NCBI GenBank assembly: GCA_002269645.1
Contig: NIVC01000440.1
Coordinates: 310,001 to 374,000 of the forward strand
DNA length: 64,000 nt
Origin: Macrostomum lignano
Lineage: Eukaryota
Direction of reading: 5' to 3'
Part shown: in pieces, positions 41,911 to 59,379 of the stretch
How positions within the stretch are numbered: the stretch's first letter is position 1
Layout: the number at the start of each line of letters is the position of its first letter
Translations under genes and position numbers: made by a program
The notes under the pieces: model-generated
The model's input: only the letters and a program-made list of their open reading frames with translations
Database searches by the model: none
Told to the model about the DNA's origin: nothing

Positions 41911-44900
41911 TACCACCCAGGCCTTGAATCTCCCTCCTGCTGGTGGCGGCCAGGCCTCTAGTCCAGAACTTCAGCACCAGTTCGTCGTTACGCGAGCAGC
42001 CCAGGCTGTCGAGCAGTTCAGAGACCTGCGCATTGCTCAGCTGCTGCTGCTGAGCGCCTTGCACGTAGCAGCAGGTGAAAAACTGTCTTGCCCTGTTCAA
42101 CCAGTCCTCCTTGACGTTGGTGACCAGCAGGTCCAGAGCTTCATCTGGAAGCTGCTGACTGTCCAGCAGTTTGTCCAGCTCGTCGATAAGTCCGGGCAGT
42201 CCCAGCAGGGAGTTGTAGGCGCTGCTGGGCACGGGGCAGTTGGTGGCGCAGCTCACGGCCAGGTCGTCAACAGAGGCAAAGGATTCGGCTGCCAGGCTGC
42301 GAAGGTCAGCGCGGCATTCCAGCACGAGCATCGGATGGCTGACGGGATCGGTGAGCACAATGTCCGGGATGACCGCCTCCCAGGCCAGGCCAAGGAAGTT
42401 GCACCTGCGGTTTGGAAATTGCAAATTTGTCAGTGACTGACAATGACTGAAAATGAGTCATTGACTGATGATCGATTGAAAATGAGTCATTGGCTGATGA
42501 TCGATTGAAAATGAGTCATTGACTGATGATCGATTGAAAATGAGTCATTGGCTGATGATCGATTGAAAATGAGTCATTGACTGATGATCGATTGAAAATG
42601 AGTCATTGGCTGATGATCGATTGAAAATGAGCCATTGACTGATGATCGATTGAAAATGAGTCATTGGCTGATGATCGATTGAAAATGAGTCATTGGCTGA
42701 TGATCGATTGAAAATGAGTCATTGGCTGATGATCGATTGAAAATGAGTCATTGGCTGATGACCGATTGAAAATGAGTCATTGGCTGATGATCGATTGAAA
42801 ATGAGTCATTGACTGATGATTGATTGAAAATGAGTCATTGGCTGATGATCGATTGAAAATGAGTCATTGACTGATGATCGATTGAAAATGAGTCATTGAC
42901 TGATGATCGATTGAAAATGAGTCATTGGCTGACGATCGATTGAAAATGAGTCATTGACTGATGATCGATTGAAAATGAGTCATTGGCTGATGATCGATTG
43001 AAAATGAGTCATTGACTGATGACCGATTGAAAATGAGTCATTGGCTGATGATCGATTGAAAATGAGTCATTGACTGACGATGATCGATTGAAAATGAGTC
43101 ATTGACTGACGATGATCGATTGAAAATGAGTCATTGGCTGATGATCGATTGAAAATGAGTCATTGGCTGATGATCGATTGAAAATGAGTCATTGACTGAT
43201 GATCGATTGAAAATGAGTCATTGACTGACGATGATCGATTGAAAATGAGTCATTGGCTGATGATCGATTGAAAATGAGTCATTGGCTGATGATCGATTGA
43301 AAATGAGTCATTGACTGATGATCGATTGAAAATGAGTCATTGGCTGATGATCGATTAAAAATGAGTCATTGGCTGATGATCGATTGAAAATGAGTCATTG
43401 GCTGATGATCGATTGAAAATGAGTCATTGGCTGATGACCGATTGAAAATGAGTCATTGGCTGATGATCGATTGAAAATGAGTCATTGACTGACGATGATC
43501 GATTGAAAATGAGTCATTGACTGACGATGATCGATTGAAAATGAGTCATTGGCTGATGATCGATTGAAAATGAGTCATTGACTGACGATGATCGATTGAA
43601 AATGAGTCATTGAGGCGATTAAAGAGTAATCGATTGGTGACTATTGGTTGAAAATGAGTCATTGATTGATAGTGATTGGTTAAAAATAAGTTTTTGATTA
43701 GGATGATTGATTAAAGATGAGTCATTGATGGGTGATGATTGATTGAAAATGAAAATGAGTCATTGATTTGCGATGATTAGTTGGAAATGAGTCATTGATT
43801 TGCGATGATTAGTTGAAATGAGTCATTGATTTGCGATGATTAGTTGGAAATGAGTCATTGATTTGCGATGATTAGTTGAAAATGAGTCATTGACTTGCGA
43901 TGATTAGTTGAAAATGAGTCATTGATTTGCGATGATTAGTTGAAAATGAGTCATTGATTTGCGATGATTAGTTGGAAATGAGTCATTGATTTGCGATGAT
44001 TAGTTGAAAATGAGTCATTGATTGGTGATGATTAGTTGAAAATGAGTCATTGATTGGTGATGATTAGTTGAAATGAGTCATTGATTGGTGATGATTAGTT
44101 GAAAATGAGTCATTGATTGGTGATGATTAGTTGAAAATGAGTCATTGATTTGCGATGATTAGTTGAAAATGAGTCATTGATTTGCGATGATTAGTTGGGA
44201 ATGAGTCATTGATTTGCGATGATTAGTTGGAAATGAGTCATTGATTTGCGATGATTAGTTGAAAATGAGTCATTGATTTGCGATGATTAGTTGAAAATGA
44301 GTCATTGATTTGCGATGATTAGTTGGGAATGAGTCATTGATTTGCGATGATTAGTTGAAAATGAGTCATTGATTGGTGATGATTAGTTGGAAATGAGTCA
44401 TTGATTTGCGATGATTAGTTGAAAATGAGTCATTGATTTGCGATGATTAGTTGAAAATGAGTCATTGATCGGTGATGATTGGTTGAAAATGAGTCATTGA
44501 TTTGCGATGATTAGTTGGAAATGAGTCATTGATTTGCGATGATTAGTTGAAAATGAGTCATTGATTTGCGATGATTAGTTGAAAATGAGTCATTGATTTG
44601 CGATGATTAGTTGAAAATGAGTCATTGATTGGTGATGATTGGTTGGAAATGAGTCATTGACTAATGAGGAATGAAAATGACATACCAGACTCACCTGTAA
44701 GGCTCTTCATACACGCTGGAATTCAGCACCTCTTGTACGCAGTTGTGCGGCAAAATCTGTCGCATCAGCTTGAAAAATGAGGCGGCCAGAGCGGGCAGGT
44801 TGGTGCGGAACACAATCTGATTGCCGGTGACCAGGTGGTACAGGAGGAGGAGGAAGATGTGCGGCTGTCTGTGCAGACTCAGCTGCGGCGAGTCCGGGTC

Positions 44901-46631
44901 CAGCACTGACACGGACCTGCGGGGAGATTGTGTAATAGGCTAGATTAGCAATCCGTTTTACAATAGTCAGGTTGGCTAGATTAGCAATCCATTTTAAAAT
45001 CATTAAGTTGACTAGATTAGCAATCCATTTTAAAATCGTCAAGTTGACTAGATTAGCAATCCATTTTAAAATCATTAAGTTGACTAGATTAGCAATCCAT
45101 TTTAAAATCGTCAAGTTGGCTAAATTAGCAATCCATTTTAAAATCGTCAAGTTGGCTAGATTAGCAATCCATTTTACAATCGTCAAGTTGGCTAGATTAG
45201 CAATCCACCAGTTCCTTTGCGCAATGCAGCTTAGCACATTGTACTCCATCATACCTGTCAATCAAGTTGGTAACAGGCACCCGTTTTAGCCGCTGCCTGA
45301 TGTGCCTGAGCGAGTGGAACACGATGCTGACCACCGCGTTACCGCCAGCGGGTTTGCAAACCGTGGGAGCGGTTGGAGTTGGCACCACCGTTCTGGTGCC
45401 CTCGTCCTCGGAATCCTGAGAAGGTTTGAGTAGACAGTAGATTTACAATTGTGCTTACGGTAGCTAAATGAAATTACACTATGACCTATGAGCGATTTTA
45501 AACTATGACCTATGAGCGATTTTAAACTATGACCTATGAGCGAATTTAAACTATGACCTATGAGCGATTTTACACTATGACCTATGAGCGAATTTAAACC
45601 ATGACTTATGAGCGAATTTTAACTATGGCCTACGAGCGAATTTAAATTATGACCTATGAGGAAAGTAAAACTATGACCTATGAGCAAATCTACATTATCA
45701 TTCATGAGTCTGCATAATCCATAACAATCTTGCAGCTAAACCATGACCACTGAAAAGCTCAACTATGACCCATGAGCACCTCGCTATCCAGCAGGCAGTC
45801 CTGATCAGCGGCCATCATCTGCAGTTCCTCCACCAGCTCGTCCTCAGTCGGCCGGCCCACCCGAATCTCCTCCCGTTGCCAGCCGCGCAGCATCCAGGAG
45901 AACCAGAGATGAAGCCGCTTGAACACGGCCGGGTCGCCGGTGAGCTGAGCCAATGACCTAGCTGGATTATCCGACCGGCGCATTCTCAACCAGCTCGAGC
46001 CGTTGATTCGAGTCGCCTTGGCGCTGCCCTGACGCAGCTGCTCAGCTTGAAACTGTGCAGTAGCCATCTGCTTCAATGCGCCGCTAATCCTGCCAATCTG
46101 AGCCACCAGCCAAGGCCAGGCCTGCAACAGCATGCGACTGTCGGTGGACATCACAACGACAGCGTATTGGCTAGTCAGACCCCGAGCCTTGGCGTCGTCC
46201 AGTTGAAACGGCGAGCCCATCACGTGACCATTGACCGGGTCGCCAAAGTACATGGCGCTAGTTGGACAAACTTCGCAGGAGTGCACGCGAAGGCAGGCCT
46301 GACGGAGACGGCTGTACAACTGGCTAGGCCAGGTGGGGTGCTGACTGGAGACCAGGTGCACCCCGGCAGAGGCGTCCTCGGTGTGCATAGCCAGAATGTT
46401 TGGCGGCATGGATCGGCAGGAAGGGCAGGCGACAACTGGGAAGCACACGGATGCGGGCGGAGGCTGCTGCTGGGTCAACAGTGTCTCCTCGGCTCGGGCT
46501 GGGGATGGCGGAGTCGGCGCCACCTCCAGCAGTTGACGGGAGCTGCTGGGCAGCTGTTGCATGACCTGCATGCATAGCACTACTGAAGGACCGTGGTCCT
46601 CGCAGAAGTGTGTTAGCGCAATGAGACAGTT
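41894..46631 (-). CDS. FLCN: Folliculin; exons 46631-45780, 45415-45255, 44916-44695, 42404-41894; no genomic ATG at the expected start
   Basis: Contains IALTHFCEDHGP, SSQHP, LRQACLR..SCEVCP, ARGL..QYAVV, VFKRLHLWFSWML, FHSLRHIRQ, LVTGNQIV and YEEPYR|CNFLGL. All three GT-AG joins are in frame; the intron 1 donor (gtgctc) is weak. Confidence 0.92.
42445..44665. repeat. Two related minisatellites in FLCN intron 3: 29-bp TGAAAATGAGTCATTGGCTGATGATCGAT (to about 43610) and 32-bp GAAAATGAGTCATTGATTTGCGATGATTAGTT (from about 43750)
   Basis: They share an AATGAGTCATTG core and are joined by degenerate transitional units. Confidence 0.97.
44935..45205. repeat. 36-bp minisatellite GCTAGATTAGCAATCCATTTTAAAATCGTCAAGTTG in FLCN intron 2
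   Basis: About 7 units. Confidence 0.95.
45478..45690. repeat. 24-bp minisatellite TATGACCTATGAGCGATTTTAAAC in FLCN intron 1
   Basis: About 9 units. Confidence 0.93.
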
Positions 46632-46739
46632 CTGAAAGATTTCGGATTGAGATTTAGAAATAATAAAAACCAATTAAGTGCTCCGGTTTTAAGTGCCAAT
46701 CAAATAGATATTATCAAGTTCTCAAGCTCACTCACTACT

Positions 46740-47640
46740 TGTCGTAGGGATAAGAAAGAGGGGGTGATGAAGTTGAGAGGAAGACAAGAAAATGATAGCC
46801 ACAGGCACACCCTATAGACAGCGATGTAGGTGTGGTTAAGATAGAGGGGTAGGGTTGGACAATGGACAAGAAGATCAATAAAAACAGCACGCGCGATAAA
46901 AAGCAATAAAATGGGGAGGCCCGGCAAGGAGAAAGGGTAGGGTTGAGACTCGAGAGGAAGACCAGTTAACCCCACAGTAGCACAAAAAGTGGGGTTGGCT
47001 AAAATAGGAAAGAGGGTGTGGGTTGAGAGAGCAGATAAGTGAGTGGATCGATAACTACATCACGCGCAATAAAAAGCAATAGAATAGGGTTGGTCAGAAA
47101 AGAAGAAAGGGTTGAGACTAAAGAGGAAGACCAGATAATCGATAACCACAGCAAACATTGTAAAGTAGTAGCGTTAAAGTGAGGTTGGCTGGAATAGGAA
47201 AGTGGGTGAGTTGAGAGAGCCGATAAATGGATCGATAATGACATCACGCGATATAAAAATCAATAGAATAGGGTTGGCCAGACTATTGAGAGGGTTTGGT
47301 TGGCAGAGCCATATAATCGATCATCACAGCACACGCTATAAAACAGCAAAGATAAGCGTTGTCTGGAGTGGAAAGAAGGGGGCGGGGTCGAGAGGCAGAC
47401 CAAATAATCGATAACCATCCCACACGCTGGAGTTGACTGGAATAGGAAGGACAGGGTGGGGTGGGGTTCACAGCACGCGCTATAAAAATCAATAAAATGG
47501 GGTTGGCCGAAAAGGAACAGGAGGGTGGGGCTGAGAGGCCGACCCTATCGGTAATTATCAATAACAACAGGCCTACAGCAGCCCTATAAAAGCGACGAAG
47601 TGGGGTTGATTGTAATACAAAATACGGAATAGACCAGATC
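46740..47640. repeat. Old, degenerate tandem repeat with a recurring CACGCG..ATAAAAA(G/T)CAAT(A)..ATAGGGTTGG block upstream of FLCN
   Basis: The motif recurs near 46890, 47060, 47245 and 47475; unit boundaries are unclear. Confidence 0.6.
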
Positions 47641-48824
47641 GATAAGTTAATATTTATGAATATTAGTACTTTGGATTGGACCAAACAAGCCCTATTTTAT
47701 AACAATATCAAGGAAATGCATACAAAAAACCAACACTGAATAATGACTAATTTGAAATAATACAGTAATTTTGCTTTCCAAGCTTTATACTACAACTAGT
47801 CCAATATATTTCGACCTATATTACAAAGCAGTAATAAATTAAGTGTTGTAGTCATATTCAGCTTTATTGAAGAACTTGATGAAGCACCATACTGACTTTA
47901 AAATAGTTAGATAATTCAAATCAGCTTGTGCGCAACTTGTAGTTTCAAAAAGTTGGTAAAAAAACAAAATATATTGGAGGACAGGCTTTGCATCAGAGAT
48001 CAATAAATTGATTATTATTATTGCAGTTAATAGGAGACTAATTGAGCAGCAGGCAGGTACTAATAACTAGTTAATTAGTTCACTATGCTGAAAATACACG
48101 CTGAACTAATCGAAAATATGTACAGAACAAATTTTGCTTATATTTTATCGTTTGCTGCTAGGGCTCAAAGAGATTACTAAGGTAATTAGCAGCTGGTGAG
48201 TCAAACGAAAACAGAGAGCCAAACTAAGAAGACAATTTACAAATAGATAGGCGTATGTAAAGCAAAAATAGGCCATAAAATACTTCACATACTACTGCGG
48301 TAGACAGGAAGCATTATTAATTAGGTAGTAAGGAAGATAATAGTAGACTTTGTAAAATTTGAATAAACAATAATAATGACTTTGTTTCATAAGTTGGGCA
48401 GCAAAAACGATTGCGATTATAAACAGAAGGCCATTGATGAGAAAAATAAATTATTATTAAAGTACATATGTTAATTGCGTTGTCAAAATAAATACTAAGT
48501 AATAATATATACAGTACAACGGCATAAGCGGTACAACAAACAATACATATAGCAATAAAAAGCAGGGAAAAAAAGAGTACGTTTTGTCCTACTAAAAAAT
48601 AGCGCAAACAGACAAACAAAAATATTGTGGTTAAGGGTCTGACTGATAATTGCACAGTCTGACTAATGATTGTATTGCACTAACTATAAAATAAGTTTTT
48701 CTAACAACTATAAACCTCGTTTGAAAATAGTTTGGCAGCAGATAAACTAATACAACAAAATCGGGTATGATCTGTTTTGGAGTTGGAGTCACCTTTAAAC
48801 TGCACAACACTCGTTTATCAGTCG

Positions 48825-49820
48825 CTTTTACTGTAGCTCATCCAGGTAAACCCCAATTACTGTAACTCATCAAGGTAAACCCCAATTACTGCAACTCATC
48901 AAGGTAAACCCCAATTACTGCAACTCATCCAGGTAAACCCCAATCACTGTAACTCATCCAGGTAAACCCCAATCACTGTAACTCATCCAGGTAAACCCCA
49001 ATCACTGTAACACATCCAGGTAAACCCCAATCACTGTAACACATCCAGGTAAACCCCAATCACTGTAACACATCCAGGTAAACCCCAATTACTGTAACAC
49101 ATCCAGGTAAACCCCAATTACTGTAACTCATCCAGGTAAACCCCAATCACTGTAACACATCCAGGTAAACCCCAATTACTGTAACTCATCCAGGTAAACC
49201 CCAATTACTGTAACTCATCCAGGTAAACCCCAATTACTGTAACTCATCCAGGTAAACCGCAATTATAGTAACCCATCCAGGTAGACTCCAATTACTGTAA
49301 CTCATCCAGGTAAACCGCAATTACTGTAGCTCATCCAGGTAAACCCCAATTACTGTAACTCATCCAGGTAAACCCCAATTACTGTAGCTCATCCAGGTAG
49401 ACTCCAATTACTGTAACTCATTCAGGTAAACCGCAATTACTGTAGCTCATCCAGGTAAACCCCAATTACTGTAACTCATCCAGGTAAACCCCAATTACTG
49501 TAGCTCATCCAGGTAAACCCTAATTACTGTAACTCATCCAGGTAAACCGCAATTACTGTAGCTCATCCAGGTAAACCCCAATTACTGTAGCTCATCCAGG
49601 TAGACTCCAATTACTGTAACTCATCCAGGTAAACCGCAATTACTGTAGCTCATCCAGGTAAACCCCAATTACTGTAACTCATCCAGGTAAACCCCAATTA
49701 CTGTAGCTCATCCAGGTAAACCCTAATTACTGTAACTCATCCAGGTAAACCGCAATTACTGTAGCTCATCCAGGTAAACCCCAATCACTGTAACTCATCC
49801 AGGTAAACCCCAATTACTGT
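48825..49820. repeat. 29-bp minisatellite CATCCAGGTAAACCCCAATTACTGTAACT between FoxN and FLCN
   Basis: About 34 units. Confidence 0.96.
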
Positions 49821-49991
49821 CAGCTATTCAAGACCGAATCAAACAAAAACTAATAATAATAGTATTATTACTACCTGTGACGATCAGAACAGATAAACGT
49901 TTAAAAAGAAAGTAATAAAAAATTCAATGACTCTTTCTCATGCATTCGATCGGGGAAAACCAACGACTAGGTAAAACAAATAATATCTGAT

Positions 49992-54962
<4,971 letters not shown>

Positions 54963-55083
54963 TGCTGATGCTGTGGACTTTGAATTCCTACTGTTGTTTG
55001 TCTCAAAGGGTAAAATAGCTTGTACAGATTACTGGAATGGTGAGTAGTAAACAGTGAATCCGTTTAATTAATACGTAAAAATA

Positions 55084-55245
55084 AGACTGGGGGGTCGCCA
55101 CACACCCTCAGTTACCCCAGCTAATGCTGGCACCCATTTTACAGCTGGGTGAACTGAAGCAATGCAGAGTTAAGTGCCTTGCTCAAGGACACAAACTGTT
55201 CCAAGGCGGTCGAGAATCGAACCAACCACTAGGCTACAGCCTCAC
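55084..55245 (-). mobile_element. Truncated second copy of the tRNA-derived SINE
   Basis: Near-identical to 3985-4090 (GGTCGCCACACACCCTCAGTTACCCCAGCTAATGCTGGCACC..ACAGCTGGGTGAACTGAAGCAATGCAGAGTTAAGTG). The A and B boxes have collapsed together. Confidence 0.8.
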
Positions 55246-57200
55246 CAATTCAGTGCAAATGCAATTTACACTGCTAAGCCTTTCTGGTATAATATAACTT
55301 GGCCAAAATGTTTAAAATAATTATATAAAAGCAAAAAATGCTATTTTTGTGTATTTAATAAAAAATAGTGGATTAATACTAATTATATAAATAAAAATCA
55401 ACTAAGTTTATATACTAAATGATTACCTAAAACTAAATGTTGCTTTGTTGTCTTTCTGTTGCTTATTTATTACTGGGTGTTGCAAAAAACTCGACAAAAT
55501 ATTGTGATAATATAGCACCAAAAAATAAAGGCAAAAATTTAAAGCGACTTTAACTTCAAATATATTTGAAAACCAAGCTTAGTTTGTGGTCACCATTGCT
55601 AGCAAGAACTATCTCTCCTACCTTGTTTGTGCTCTTCAAAATAAAGTCAAAATTTCTAGTATAAGGGGTCATGCAGACCTTTTATAGACAAAAAGATATG
55701 TCAAGTTTTTTTTGTAACACCTGGTATATTTGACAATAAACAAGCAAAAATATTAACAGCGGGCCTAGGCAAGGCTAAAAGTACTAAGAAAATATGATAT
55801 GCAATCATTTTTACAATAATTTAGTACTTAATAGGATTATTACATGGGAGATTTCACTTTAGTATTTTTAGTAATTTACAATTAAATTTTAAATTTTAAT
55901 AAATACAAAATAGGTTTACATTTCTAACAACAGGCATAACAACAGACATAAATAGACATATTAAGATTAACACAAAGTTGTTTTAGAATAAATTTGCCTA
56001 AAAAGTTATATACCAAGAACCTTAGTATATGCCATGATTATAAGCCAAGTGCATTAAGGACCTTTAATAATGCTAGAGTTTTCTATCACAAAGGCATCTT
56101 CTTGACTATAATAATATGAAGACTAGGCCTAATAGGGATTAGTTTGTTTGTTTAGGTTTGGTCTAAACTAATTTCTTCTTTACAAGCTAATTGGGATAGC
56201 CTCAAGCAAAACTATGGCTTATTCTAATTTTCTATATTCTGTAGCCAAAGAGATTCCAATATTACTATATTCTTATAGTTTCTGTAGCCCTAGCCATATT
56301 TTTGACAAAAAAAGTCTAAGAAATAAAATACTTTGAATCTAGAAGATAAAATAGTATTTAAATGACTGCAAATTAAGATAGAAACTTAGACAAACACTTG
56401 ATTCTTTTGTAAGATAATTAAATGTCTATCTACTACTACTACTACTACTACTATTACTATCAATAGAAGATAAAGTGAATGTTTTCACATTAATAAAAGT
56501 TAGAATTTGCTAGTGTTGTATTGTACCATATTAGATATCATTTATAAGTTTTAAATCTATGATATAGTTTACCAAGTATCTTTGTTTTACTCAATCTATT
56601 TCTATGTGTACTACAACATGATCCTGACTATAGATTTGCCTAAGGATCCCATAACCATAGCCATAGCTATAGCAAAACACTAGTTATTAATAAATTTAAT
56701 AATTTTGCAAGGTATGCTACTTATGATATTTTAGAAGAGATAATGATATGATAGCTTAGGACAAATGTAAGATTGTTATCAAGCTGTATTACAAGGGGTG
56801 CATAAAAAGTTTTTGCAATCTGGTTCCCAATTGTAGATAAATTGTTGATAAACATTTCAACTATATATTTCTATGCAATCCTTCATTATAATCTCTCTAT
56901 ATAATAGCCATATTCTATGCATTTCTAGTAATGGCAAATCTATGCCTCAAAGCTGGCATGGTATTTAGCTCTAAATTGATATAGTAAGCTGGGTCTTAAG
57001 GCTATTGAAAATGACATCTAGTTCAGAAGTTTTGGTAATGCCCAAAAGTTGCAAGGTGCCAAGTTAGGATAAGGCCTTAGGCCTTAATGGATAGTATAAT
57101 ATCATCTTGAGCTTGTTACTGGCAAAAAAGCTTGTTGTCATGGCCACAGTGTGGCTAGAGGCCATATATGCTTAACCTTGGGAATCACTTGGCCATTTAT

Positions 57201-57294
57201 ATTGGCAACATATACATGTAAGTCACTTTTGGCTGAGAGTAGTCATGTGACTACCATTCTGTCCAATAGCAACTTACATGTATATGTTGCCAAT
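57201..57294. repeat. Small palindromic element with perfect 23-bp inverted arms
   Basis: ATTGGCAACATATACATGTAAGT (57201-57223) and ACTTACATGTATATGTTGCCAAT (57272-57294). Confidence 0.9.
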
Positions 57295-59379
57295 AAAAAT
57301 GTCTGGTAAAATCCCTAGGTTACACTTAAGCATACTAGAAGCATTGTTATAGTGCAAGTAAATTTTACCACTGGAAGCAGGTTGGCTGCTCTTCTATCAC
57401 TAAAGCTACAACTTTAGGCAAAACCTTGCCAGCTAGTATAAAATCTGGCATTGACATTCTGTCCAATTGGCATCATAACAATTGTCCCTGGCCCATTGAT
57501 GCTAAAAAAGACAATAAATATCTGTTTCTATGAGCCAAGTGCCAAGGTAAGTCACAAAATACAAAACTTGATAAACAAGAAATTGAGAGAAGAAAGGAAA
57601 GAGAAAAAGAAAAAAGAAAAAGAAAGGAGAGAAAAAAGCAAGAAAAATCATATACAAAGTGAAAATTAAGTTGCAATTGGGAGAAACTAAGTTGCAATCA
57701 AGAGGAACTAAGTTGCAAATCTGGACAAAACTAGGCCCCCCTAAGTTGCACCAGATAGGTGAAATTTTGAGGTTGGGCATATATGAAGCAATTTATAATA
57801 TTTTAAAGTTGCAATTGGGGGAACTAAGTTACAATTGAGAGGAACTAAGTCATAATCGGACATCAATCAATGTATGAAATTTTGAGGTTGGCCAAATATG
57901 CTAGCACTGATCAATTTAATCCAATGGGCAATAGTGCAGCATGAAGAGACTTGATCTCTTATAACTTGGACTAGCTTGGCATGAATTTTTGTGGCATTTT
58001 CTTTAAGTATACATTTAGCTAGGACTAGGTTTTTAAATTTGGTAGAGTAAGATAAGATTATTTTATTAAAAAAATTTTTGCTATGCCATTGAATTAGGCT
58101 GGCTCATTAGGCCCTATCTATGCTATATGCTATAATAAACAATATAATATAGGCCTATTCTATATATATCTATATGTCTTCTTTGAATCAAAACCAAGAC
58201 AGACACAGAGTAGGCCTAGAATAATACCACTTTGATTTCTTTAAATAAAAAATTTAAATTGTGCCTACAATGAAGTAGTGGTATAGGTCTATTAATTTGT
58301 ATAGTACCAAAAGCCTGGTGACCAGGTCAAGCAAGCTGTCTAGCCAATTCAGTTGATTGGCTAGCAGATGATGCATGTACTCCCAGCTCTTTAGACTTTT
58401 ACTTTTGTTAACTTTCCATTTTTATATTTCTAAAGCAAATATAATTACAAAAGCTAGGGCCTACACCTTTGCTAAGTCTTAGACTTAGAAGTGCCGGGGT
58501 TAGGGTAGAGGCGTAGCGTAGCGTAGGGTTTAACTTTAATGTCATTGTGATTTAAGCAAAGTAATTTTAACTAGGCCTATCCTAAGTCTGAACTTACAGA
58601 ATTTGATTCAAACGTTTCGAATGATTTAGTTACAGATGCTAAAATTAAAAAATTAAGGAGCAAATTTCTGCTAAAGCTAACTCATCATAACCAGCAGTCA
58701 GAAGACCAAAAGAGCTTTAAGGTCTGGTCTTTCACAAGTCCCAAGCTGCTGCGTCGTTAACAACAAATATCGAAAAACTGTTCAAAGTACGACAAATTGA
58801 AGTAACAAAATGTGTTTTTTAAGATGCTTCAAAGGGTGCAAATACTTTGAAGGCGCTAAAAAGAGACATAAAATAATTACAATTAAAAAAATAGATCATA
58901 ATTACTACCGCTCTTAAAACGTAAGAACTTAAACTCGGTTACACCGGGCCCGTGCCATAAAATTAAGTCGAAGGAGCTGGGCTCAAGAATTGTCTTTACG
59001 TTTTAATTAAGGTGTTGATGGATTTGTATTTATATATTTTATGGTTAAGATCGGGAAGCTAAATGTATATTTGGGAGTTGTTCCAAGGATTGTAGCAATC
59101 ATATATCAGCTAACAGTCTAAAGGTCATGTACATAACTCTGTATGTGATATATGTGAGCGAAAGTTCAATGGAGGCCAAAGCAAAAGCAGAGAGTTTCAA
59201 AAGAAGGTCCATGTGTACTATCTCTCTCGTAGCCAATTTTGAAACATTCATTACTCTTTCGAAAAAGTACATTCTTCCTGCCATGATGGCTACATAGCCA
59301 TTCGATCAGTTGTTTGTATACATGATCATCCCTTCTCTTCAAATAATTTTACCAGTACACTTTACACATCTTAATTTCA

